NCBI GenBank assembly: GCA_023231475.1
Contig: JALJEE010003280.1
Span: forward strand, 1-35,595
Origin: Seison nebaliae
Taxonomy: Eukaryota
Length of the DNA stretch: 35,595 bases
Direction of reading: 5' to 3'
The first letter of the stretch is position 1. Each line of letters opens with the position of its first letter. The notes under the pieces are model-generated. The model was not told where the DNA came from. It saw only the letters and a program-made list of their open reading frames with translations, and ran no database searches. Both the position numbers and the translations under genes were made by a program. Of the stretch, positions 14,053 through 24,954 are shown in pieces.

Positions 14053-17000
14053 ATGTCTAATGAAAATAAATCGGAGAGTAAAAATAGTATGGAAAAAGAA
14101 GTTCAAATTATTTTGCCAACGATGCGGAACTTGTTGTCTAAGAAGAGTGGAGAGTCAAATTCTTCAGCATTTTATTGTTGTGAGATGAATAACGAGATAA
14201 ACAATCAACATCATCCTCCTCAATCATATAAGAAGAATAATGTTCAATTTAATGGATTATTATCATCACAAACATCACGTCAATTGAATCTTTTGAAAAA
14301 TGAGGAAATTAATGAAAATCGTTCTTTTGAATTCAATGAGAAGAATAATGGTGTGAGAATGACATTTTCTCCATCATCCTCATCGTTGTGGTCGAATTCG
14401 ATGTGTGAAGAATTGGAAAAAGGATTTGTTTGCAAATGGAAGGATTGTGAATCAACTTTCAATTCGAAGAAAGAATGCAGGAAACATATTGCAACGGAAC
14501 ATGTTCAGAATGAATCGTTCGATAGCGATCTACAATTTCAACATTGTCTCGTGAAATATTTCGAGAAGTTGTTGAAGAAAGAACAAGAGTATTTGAAGGT
14601 GATGGAGGAATTGGGCGAAGAATATCGACAGCAATTAGCGAACGATATTTGTCGCGCATCGTTAAATGATCAACGACCTGATGTTTTAGCAGAATTATGT
14701 CGAATTACTAAAACTTCCCTACCCGAATTGAGTAAGAATAATAAAGTCTCTTTACAAGAACCAGAACGATGTAGTTTTACGTCAAATTCACCAATGTCAT
14801 CACAATCGTTTCGAGATCGAACAGTTATGACAAATTTTGACAATCCATATCAAATTACAACGACGATGACTATGACGACGAATAGTATCGTTTCAGAGAG
14901 TAGTTGTGGTACATCTCATTTGAATGGACATGAGAATGATGAAGATAATGTGGAAGAGCCGAAGAAGAATTTTCATCCAAATTCAAATAATTTCAATGAG
15001 AAATCACCAACGTCAATTATCATCACATCTACAATGAATGAATCACTTAATTCAAATATTTCACCGTCACCATCAGTATCATCATCAATTCGAACTTTAC
15101 ATGGCACAACAACAACAACAAATAATAATAATTCGTTACAAATCCCTAAAAGTGAATTATCGCCGTTTACGAATTCAGTTCGTTCAATCGCCACAAATCA
15201 ATCGAGTGAAGAAATGGAGGAATGTAGTCGCCAGAAAGTGAAACCATCATCATTGACGGAAATTTATCAGAAGAATGCGATTCAGGACAAAAGATTGAAA
15301 GATGAATATGTTCAAGATGGAGATGAAAAGATGAATTTGTCGAATGACCAAAATGATTCATTGAATGAAAATTATGTTGGTCGACAGAGAAGCTTCTCTC
15401 GTGATCATATTCTCAGTTTGAAATCTCGATTAAAGTATGACATGTTATTTAAAGAATGGATTAATCCAAAAGACGAATCAATTAACTTCAACAATAATAT
15501 AGAAATAACACCACATCAACAACAAGAACAAGAACAAGAACAACAACAGTGTACAAATATGGATCATCAGTTAATGGAAAATGATGGAAATGGTAATGAT
15601 GATGGTAAATTGTCGGTTATGCGTCAAAATGATATTTCGATGACAACAAAAAATGAGGAGAGGGTAGTGGAGCAGGGTAAGAATGTTAGGATTTCTTTAC
15701 TCGAATCACATATAACTCAACTCTTCTCCACCATGAGATCACAATGTGATTTAAATCGATTGAAATTATTAATTAAACAGAAGAATGAACAACAATTAGA
15801 GATGGAACAGCGACAACGAGAAGAACAAGAAGAAGAAGAAGAGGAGAAATTGCAACGAGAGGAGATGAACAGACAGAAATTGATCGAGAGTGAAACTATA
15901 CCACCATATTTGAAATATGAGAAACATATTCCGAATTATTATCAAAGAAGGAAATCGATTCGAGTCGATACATTTCCTCGTCATCCAGATGAAGATGAGG
16001 ATGAATTCAAATTTCAAAAAGAATCAATTCGGAAGAGTTCTCTCATTATCAACGACGAGAATGTTTTCAATCAATTCAATCGACTGATGCATAAGAATAT
16101 TCAACAACGATATACTGATTATGAGAATAATGGAGAGACTGAAAATGGAGAACGATCAGGTGAGAAATGTGAAGAACATCAATCAGAATGGATAGAAAAA
16201 TTAAAGGAGGAACATCAATTGAGAAATGGAACAAAGAATGACAATCATGACGTATCAGTTCTCGACAAATTCACACAATTGAAAGAGACTGATCGTAGTC
16301 GTAATTTAATTTTGAATTTATTAGATAATAGTAAAAAGAATGCTGGAGAGAAAGTGTCGTTGAACAATAAAGATAATGATGGTGAGGACGATTGTGATAA
16401 TAAAAATGGTGAACATTCGAAGAATACTCAGACATTCAATCTATTCCGTTATCTCGCTACGAAGAGTAGTCAATTAGAGAATGATGCATCATCAGAAGAT
16501 AGTACCAATCAGAAACAACTCGTATCCAGAAATTTGTCATCCGATGAATCTGATCAAATACATCCACCACCAATCATCTCACAACAACAACAACAACAAC
16601 AACTCGATCGTCCTTCACGACATAATCAAGAAAGGCGACAATCATCATTTCATTGTGGATCGCACGATCTCCCTCAACTATTTCCTGGTAATTTGACATA
16701 TGAAGATTTCGCTCGTCTTCAACATCAACGTTTGAAACAACAAGAAAATCAACAACAACAACTAGTTAATGGTAATTTAAATAAGAATATCATCACCACC
16801 AACACCACCACAACTCCAAGCAACAACAACAATAACAACAACGTCTATTATTTGCCATCAAATTTTGAAAATTTGAAAAATTCTTTGATGAATTTAGATC
16901 AAAATTTAACACGAATCAATCATCATCAACAACAACAACAACAACAACAGCAGCAGCAGCAGCAACAACAACAACAACAACAACAACAAATTCATGATTA

Positions 17001-18153
17001 TCCGAGACGTATGAGTATTCCTCGTTTATCGATTGATATTCCAAATGCGTTTGCTCAATCCGAATTGATCGATCGAAATGAGAAGAAATTAAATGGAAAT
17101 TGTTTTAATAAGATTTTGTGTTGTGATATGCTACCGTCAGCCAAAGAGAATTTAGAGAATGGTGACAATAAGACTAATGGGAAAATGACAACATCGCAAA
17201 TATCTAATAATAGTGAGAATATGGATGTGACGAATGAGAATATCGAGAATACAAATCAACAATCACCAACACATTTTTACAATACTAATATCTTGTCAAA
17301 TGCTTCCTGTACAGCGAAAGCTCATGATATTCAGCGTCGTTTCTCCGTCACACAAATTCCTCAAAACCTTTTCAGTAACACTCTCAATCATCTCCAATCT
17401 CATCATCGACCAGAATTACATCCAACACCTATTCCAATAAATTTCCCTCACGATTTCGATCTTCTAAACGGTAAACGTCATTTGAATCGGGAAGATATGG
17501 AATATTCTTTACAACGTAAACGAATGTCGATCGATCCGACTAGTACCGTTCTCCAACATCTGTCCAATCGAAAGACAATTCAATTTCCTCCCAACGAAAC
17601 CAAAATGAATGGTTGTGACGGTTACCATTATCGTCTCTCCATTATAATTATTAATATTTTTCTCCATCATCAGTCGAACAGCAAGATGTCAATTATTATC
17701 GAACTGTCGATAAACGCCCTCCATATACATATGCCTCTTTGATCCGACAAGTTACATTTATATCATTATTTTCTTCTTATTATTATTATTATATAATACC
17801 TTCTTCTCTCAGGCGATTAAAGAGTCGCCAGAAACTCAATTGACGTTGAGTGAAGTCTATAAATGGTTCGAATCGAATTTCAGTTATTTCCGTAAGAATG
17901 CCAATACATGGAAAGTTCCATTTTATTTCTTCCCATCACTTATTCCTCTTCTCCTTAATAGAATGCTGTTCGACATAATTTAAGTCTTCACAAATGTTTC
18001 AAACGAGTTGAGAATGTCAAGGGAGCCGTTTGGACGATTGACGAAGAGGAATACCAAAAAAAGCGATTATCAAAAAGTTTATTTTTCGAAAAAGAACAAA
18101 AATCTTTAAAAAACTTATTCTTTCTTCCAATTCTCCCAGAAAATAATGTCTGA
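14053..18153 (+). CDS. FoxP: Forkhead box P transcription factor, ~1291 aa; exons 14053-17620, 17674-17750, 17813-17914, 17962-18076, 18140-18153
   Basis: N-terminal C2H2 finger CKWKDC-x12-H-x4-H followed by a leucine-zipper-like helix (the FoxP arrangement). Spliced forkhead domain [77 protein letters not shown]. In-frame TGA two codons upstream of the ATG. Confidence 0.95.
16927..16989 (+). repeat. Coding polyglutamine tract Q21, (CAA)7(CAG)5(CAA)9, in FoxP
   Basis: Seen directly, in frame. Confidence 0.95.
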
Positions 18154-19105
18154 TCAATTTTATACAACTGAATCAGTCATCCTCTATTTTTTTTTGTAAG
18201 TTTAACGGCGATTAATTTATTCTTCATCTTCTCAACATCTACAACTCATTCAAATCGGAATGAAAAAAACAAATATGAAATCAACCGGTCACATTCAAAA
18301 CTAATATTTCTATAATATATTCGAAAATAAAAAGCAAGAAAATCATGTGAATTGTCGGAAGTCTCAACCCATTTTAATTGAATGACAAATTGAAAATTTT
18401 CTAATTTCCAACTCCCAATAATAATACTCTTTCTCTTGATTGGAGAACTGATCGGGTGATCAACATGGTATCTCACGACAAAAAAGACCATTTCAGTATT
18501 AACAAATGTGATTATTCTGATGAAGTAGAAAGAAAATGATTAAACATCTAAATTCTATCAAAAGCCACATTAGTTTAAAGTGAGATAATATCTTTCTAAT
18601 TTATTCATTTAATTATCGATCCATTCAATCCATTATCGATTAATTTGAACGGTAATAAATATGATTCAACTCCCCTCTAACAATCGAATGGGAAGAATTA
18701 TGGGAAAATTTTCTTCAAAAATAATTTCAGTGAAATAATTTCTCATTTCAATTTTCAACCAACAACTGGATCAATATTAAATCGGTGAAATATAATATTT
18801 ATTATTCTTATTATGAAATTATTCAAAATTATACAAGATTCATTATTAACCATCACTGTACATTCATTTCATATCATAGTCTCCTTCATTCCTTCAATTT
18901 GTTTTGCCTTTCTATCCATCACCATTTTACTCAATCATCCCTTATCCATCCCTCATTCGTTGAGTGGTTGGTTAATTTCCTCTTCTTCTACTCCTTCTTT
19001 TTTAAGTTTTATAAACAAACTATATTACACATATAATTTTTATCACATCAATAAATTATTAAACTGAAATACTCGAATTAATAATTTTATTTTTATTTAT
19101 TATAA

Positions 19106-19352
19106 AATCAAATCGGGGCGTTTGATTGCGTGGGGACGTGCGTAGCGTAGTGGTCTACGCACGTTCCACGCATATTTGCGAAATAACGTACCCTGCACCT
19201 CGATAGAGTCATATTGGGGTGTGCGTAACACAGTGGTTTATGCACGTTCCCAACGCCACAACGATGGGACACACATCTCACGCAACATAGAGATCTCTTA
19301 CCACTGACCGTAGAGGAGATCGAACAAAAAATTTATCCCGACGGGAATTTCA
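19106..19352 (-). repeat. GC-rich dispersed repeat, copy 2 (inverted relative to 1570-1790) with an extra terminal hairpin
   Basis: Reverse complement of copy 1 over 19132-19352. Perfect stem ACGTGCGTAG/CTACGCACGT. Additional AATCAAA...TTTGATT hairpin at 19106-19127 that copy 1 lacks. Confidence 0.9.
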
Positions 19353-19619
19353 TTTAAAAAAAATAAAAAATCCCCTCAGGGTAAATTAAAAAATAATTCA
19401 TCTAACAAATATCTATCTTGTTAATTCATTTATATTTCCATAGTTCGAACATTTGAAATTGTTTGGTCAGCCTAATAATTCGACAAAATCTAAAATTTTT
19501 CATTACATTTACACATCTCTTTAACTTTATTTTTCCGATCTCCATGATTTTTTGAAGTCAAACTGCGGATGCAAATGTGTACCCCTGTGAAATAGGTTTT
19601 TTGTCGATGTACCACGTTT

Positions 19620-20210
19620 TCGGAACTTTTAACACCCCTATGAACTTTTTGCACCCTTTTTTGAAAGATGGCGGGATATGTAATTTTTGCACTCCTCTTT
19701 TTTTTACTCCATTGTTGATTATTTGATTTATTTGATTATTTATATATTATTCGATAGTCAAAGTTAATGACAGATCCGATAAGAGATAATGTTGGAGAAA
19801 TAAATAGACAATGAGCGAAAGTTGTTAATGTAGGCGAAAGATTTTATCGTGTCGACGAATGATCTGACGACGACGAATATGAGTAGGATTAATTGTCCAT
19901 CGGACATTTTTTGTTCGACGAATATACAACTCCAACGCTTCCTCTTCACCTATGGTCGAACTACAATCGATTAATATCAAATCTCCCCAGAACAAATAAC
20001 GACAATGAATGCAGGAATAATGAGTTAAAATTTATCGTACCGCGATATCATATGCGATTGGAAAAAACGGAGCATTTGATAATCAATAAATTCAATTTAG
20101 CATGACATGTCATCGAGCAAGAAGTAGCGAAACAAGAAGAATTCCGAAGAAGATCAAAGATCGAGAAGAAAAATTGACGAAAATCGTCAGTGAACATGAT
20201 TCAAACAGTT
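19620..20210 (+). mobile_element. Decayed MULE: terminal-type short repeats plus transposase C-terminal remnant
   Basis: PTLPLHLWSNYNRLISNLPRTNNDNECRN resembles the MULE motif PxFPxxxW...LPRTNNxxExWH. Repeated AACTTTT(T)(G/A)CACCC units at about 19626-19695. Confidence 0.65.
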
Positions 20211-20484
20211 AATTAGAATAACTGTTAAAGGTTATAGATATTTCATAAAATTAAAAGTTTCCAAACCAAAACCAACAACAAGTTTTAAAACAAACCAAAA
20301 AGTTGCAATTTTTCAAAGAAAAACAAATCAAAATAAAATAGAAGTAATTAAATAGAAATAATAGAAAAATAGATGCCAAATTGATTCGAAAAGAAAGAGT
20401 TCAGTTTTAGTAGATCGAGTAAGATGCAAATTTCTAAGATCTTTCTACTCTTTCCATCATCGTTATCAGTTTTTTTCTCTGAAA

Positions 20485-20962
20485 ATGAAATTCAAATTGT
20501 TTGTCTGTTATTGTTGTGACTTTTATGACTTACCAGTTTCTATCTCGAATACCGATAAGTCATTACGTTGCCTTGATCGTACATATAATAGAGCAATTCG
20601 GATGATGCTCGGTTGTCATAGGCTTTTCAATAAAGCATTTATGTTCACGATTTGCGAATTGACTCCTTTGCCATTACTCTTGGTGCAGAGGTATCTAAAA
20701 GTAGTTGACTCTGTTCGCAGTTCAACTCTTCCAGTTCCAACGTATACACAATGTGAGAGCTCCTCTCCAGTTTTTTTGCTCCAATTACTCAATTAAATAT
20801 CCTCTTTCACTTGAGGATGCGCTATTGTTGACGTCAAACTTCAACATTTCCTCCTATGTTCCTGATTATGTTCTCCTATGTTCTCTCAAAAATTACATAG
20901 AAACAGAGAGGAGTTTGTTCTTTAATAATTCTTTAAAAGGATTTATCTTTATTTCTTTATAA
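20485..20962 (+). mobile_element. Decayed non-LTR retrotransposon remnant (post-RT region)
   Basis: LRCLDRTYNRAIRMMLGCHRLFNKAFMFTICELTPL resembles the LINE post-RT motif LDxxQNxALRxxxGAxRxT....LxxExxxxPL. Broken frames. Confidence 0.55.
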
Positions 20963-21687
20963 TTTACCCAATATATTACCCCGCGGGGATTTGGTCGTTT
21001 GAGACCTATAACTTAGATTTACTATCTTTTTTTGATTTACCCTCGGGGATTAGATAAAAATTTAAAGAAAATAAAATAAAATTGCTATTAAATGGATTAA
21101 ATAAATAAGTTTGTGTTACTTTAACATTCTCTGATTGATACACGAAATCATCTAATTTCACTACAATGCGATAAACACCTCCTTTGGTATGCTCGTTGCG
21201 ATTACCGAACGTCAAATGAAAGTCGGATCAGTATCCGATCCCTTCGCTATCATACTGACGATTACTTTACAAAGTATCCAGTGTGAGAATATAGCAAATT
21301 CTTTTATTGTATGTATGTAAAAATGAGTCACGTCTTCAACGGGCAATTGATGTGACGAACAATATTAATTTTCTCACATTCCATTAATTATAGCATCATC
21401 TCAAATTGTCTGGTTCATACAACACTATCAACAATCGTCAGAGATACAAGAATTCAATAACAAAATTCCAAGCTTTTATCAAAATCGTCACCTCAAATTT
21501 GAAATGATAAATGCGAACCGTAATCATAGAATTCGTCCAGATGAGATTTCTTTTGAGAAGATGTCACGAAAGAAATTTAGGAATGCTGTAAGAGATCTTG
21601 TGCTTTTTTAATTTCAAATTTGAATTCATAGCGTACAAGACTTCCAGTTCCTCTCAAAATCTGGCAGAATCTTAGTCGTAGTGGAAG

Positions 21688-23196
21688 ATGTCTTTGCAGA
21701 ACGTATGGAAAAGGACATTCCATAAATCTCCAGTTGTCTTCCGAGTTCAATATCTACCAAAAGAATCATTTGGTCGTCCTCTCACTCGAGACGAATTGAG
21801 GAAAGATTTGGTCAAACGTTTAACACAAATCGACAAAGGTCACGACACAATTCCTACTTTGAAAGAGAGTTTACCCTCTTCTTTCAAAACGAAGTTCGAT
21901 GTACGTTTCGATGAATTAAATGAAAACGGTGAATTTCCGTCTTTCTCGGAAAGATTAATTGGTACTTATTTATCGTCAAAACGATGTCGATTAAGTGAAA
22001 TGAAAAATATTGGAATTAATCATCATACAATTAGAAAACATGAAAGAGAATCATCAAGTCAAATAAATGATGAAATTTGGTATTCGATGTCGTCTGAAAT
22101 CCAATTGTTCCAAAGATTAAATGATGAGATTGGCGACTCTTCCAAATTATTATTGAACATGTGTCTTCACTATGACATTTTTAAAGATTTCTTATTGAGA
22201 AAAAATTCTTTTTTTCATTCGATTGTTCCTCTAAATATTTTTCATGATATTAATAATGAAAATTCTATCGGTATATTTTCTGGAAATATTTTGAAAAATT
22301 CTCAATTAATCAATTTTCCCAAAGTTGAATGGAAAACAGAAAAGTTGAGAGAAGTTAATAAAGAAACTAAATGGACTTTCTTAATTGGAAATTTAGATGG
22401 AAATTATTTGACAAATGACGAATCGATTTTTATTCAATATCTTAAGTTTATTTTTCTTCAAAACTTTCACATTTTTTATTTCAATATAATTTAAAAAGGA
22501 AAGATATTTGCGGAAGTTCAATTAATGGGGGTGAAAAAGAAGAATTTTCTTATATTCCACCAACTGTCGCTAAAGGTACAGGATTCCATCGGATAATATA
22601 TGTTCTTTTGAAACAAGAACAATCATCAAAAATTGAAATGACAAATGAACCTGATAATGAATTGGTGAGGAGAACAATTAAATTAGAAAAGTTATGGGAA
22701 ATATTAGGAACTAAATCAATACCAGTCGCCATTAGATTCTCCCAATGTCAATGGGATGAACAAACGAAAAATACATTTGAAAATTTTTATAGTTTTTACA
22801 TTCATTTTAAAATTTTTAAATCAAATTAAATTTCATTTATTAATAGATATGGATCAATTGATTTATGAAGCGGAACAACCATTGGAATATGTAGAAAAAC
22901 AAAAGAATTTTCCTAATCGTCATAATTTTGTTCAGTTACCATTTTTATAGTTTTCACTTCCATCTAATGATGAATATAGATATCTCAACAAATATCGAGA
23001 TCGGAAAGAAACAAACAAAACTATTTTGACAGATCAATTGAAGAATCATAAAATTCTTAATGAATTACCAGAATTACCTTCATCATATCTAGTGGAGATG
23101 GAGGATGAATTAAAATCAAAACCATATTGGTTCAGAAAAGAAATGGAAAAGAAATTTAAGAAAGAAGGAAAATGGAAATTAGCACATTTAACTTAA
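21688..23196 (+). CDS. MRPL38: Mitochondrial ribosomal protein mL38 (PEBP fold); exons 21688-22445, 22499-22791, 22847-22934, 22980-23196
   Basis: Presequence-like N-terminus (VWKRTFHKS). After splicing three GT-AG introns: HYDIFKDF, WTFLIGNLDGNY, YIPPTVAKGTGFHRIIYVLLKQ, FSQCQWD and KQKNFPNRHNFVQYLNKYRD, matching mL38. Confidence 0.9.
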
Positions 23197-23463
23197 TCTT
23201 CTCAAATTTAAATTTAGAAAAAATTTCCAAAAAGAAAATAAAATTGCCAAAGTGAAATTTTTGAAAACTTTTTTTCAAGGAAACAAATAAATGAAAAGTT
23301 CGAAGGAAAATTTATTAGATAAGGGAAAAATCTACGTTGGATAAAAATTTGTCGAAAAATTGTTTATTTAAAAAATTAGAAATTTTTTGAGAAAAAAATG
23401 ATTATAGTTTATGGAAACTCATTCTCAACATTTCCACAGAACGAACATAATTTTCCATTTCGA

Positions 23464-24117
23464 TTAAGAGATGTCTTCATCGTCATCTGGTAGAGCAGTT
23501 TCTCTAGCTTTTTGCATTTCTTCTTCGTATTTCGCTGTTAGTTTTTGATCGACAACCAGATCTGGTGGTTCCAGTGCAGGTGATTCGACGAATTCCAAAT
23601 TGGGATCACCTACCAATTTCCTGGCGAGCCATAAAAACGGTTTCTCAAAATTGTAATTGCTTCTTGCACTAATATCATAATATTGGAGATTTTTCTTTCG
23701 ATGGAAAGTTATCATTTTCGGTTTAACTTTTCTTTCTTTAACATCCACTTTATTCCCACATAAGACAATGGGAATATTCTCGCACACTCGAACTAAATCT
23801 CGATGCCAATTCGGAACATTTTTATAAGTTACACGACTTGTAACATCGAACATGACAATGGCACATTGTCCTTGAATATAATAACCGTCACGAAGACCAC
23901 CGAATTTCTCTTGACCAGCTGTGTCCCAAACGTTGAATTGGATCGGACCTCGATTTGTATAAAAGACGATCGGATGAACATCAACACCCAACGTCGCCAC
24001 GTACTTCTTTTCGAATTCTCCAGTCATATGTCGTTTTACATATGTGGTCTTACCCGTACCTCCATCGCCGACCAGAACCAATTTGAAACTGGGAATATTC
24101 TCCGTATTAACTGCCAT
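23464..24117 (-). CDS. Ran: GTP-binding nuclear protein Ran, 217 aa, intronless
   Basis: [38 protein letters not shown] and the acidic tail DDDEDIS. ATG at 24117 (MAVNTENIP); the longer ORF-track start is upstream read-through. Confidence 0.98.
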   Translation of the reverse strand: MAVNTENIPSFKLVLVGDGGTGKTTYVKRHMTGEFEKKYVATLGVDVHPIVFYTNRGPIQFNVWDTAGQEKFGGLRDGYYIQGQCAIVMFDVTSRVTYKNVPNWHRDLVRVCENIPIVLCGNKVDVKERKVKPKMITFHRKKNLQYYDISARSNYNFEKPFLWLARKLVGDPNLEFVESPALEPPDLVVDQKLTAKYEEEMQKARETALPDDDEDIS

Positions 24118-24598
24118 CAATATTGAATAATTCTCGGAAAGAGGAGAGAAATCTAAAGATTTCGAATTTAAAAAAGAAAAAAATTTATTAATGAATCTAA
24201 TTTCCAATTGGTTTGGAGAATGGACAACAAATGTCAAATAATCCCTCAAAAAGAAATGGAATAAATTATTTCGATCTACTGTCAATTGGAAAAAATTGTC
24301 ATATCCAGTTTGAAACCGGTTATTCTATCCACAATAACAAAATAGTCTAGAGCTTACATACAAACCAGATATCCATTACATTATCACTGTTTTTTTTTAA
24401 AACACGAATTCCTACTCTTCAACTGGATGAATTAAAAATTTTTTAAAAAATTTTGCAATTTTAAGATACAAATTTTAAGCTTAATTAATATTTTGTAATT
24501 TTTATTAATATTCATTCATTTACAATACCATTTTCTTCTTGATATACGTACTACAATAGAATTATTTAAATTATTTTTTATAAAATTTCCAAATTAAA

Positions 24599-24889
24599 AT
24601 GGGTGGACGAGAAGGAGGAAAGAAGAAACCGTTGAAACAACCGAAAAAAGGTGAAAAATTTTTAGACGACGTTTATTTTAATTTTCAATTTACAATTTAA
24701 CACATCTTATTTTATAGGATGATATTGCATTTAAGAATAAACAGAAAGACGACCAAAAGAGAATGGCAGAAGCAAAAAAATTAGCTAGTGGCAAAGGAGC
24801 TATTGGTTAATTCGAATTTTATTTATTTCTCAATTAAATTTATTCAAATATGGACAGGTGCTGGAAATAAGAAACTGTCAAAGAAATGA
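24599..24889 (+). CDS. TMA7: Translation machinery-associated protein 7 (63 aa); exons 24599-24670, 24718-24805, 24858-24889
   Basis: MGGREGGKKKPLKQPKKGEKFLDD|DDIAFKNKQKDDQKRMAEAKKLASGKGAIG|AGNKKLSKK*. Missed by the ORF track because it is spliced. Confidence 0.95.
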
Positions 24890-24954
24890 AGAAATTTCAT
24901 AAGAATTAAATTAAATAAATTATGAATATCATGATTAATTTGGAGGATGATGAT

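Noticed and set aside
17621..17742. C-terminus of the 1229-aa ORF in the ORF track
   Set aside because: Read-through into intron 1 and the wrong frame of exon 2; splicing at 17621-17673 yields the forkhead domain instead.
18154..19100. Alternative mutually exclusive forkhead exon, as in insect FoxP or vertebrate FOXP1
   Set aside because: No second NAxRxNLSLH-like exon is visible downstream.
24118..24285. 56-aa N-terminal extension of Ran
   Set aside because: Begins at TTG in AT-rich UTR-like sequence; Ran homology starts at the ATG at 24117.
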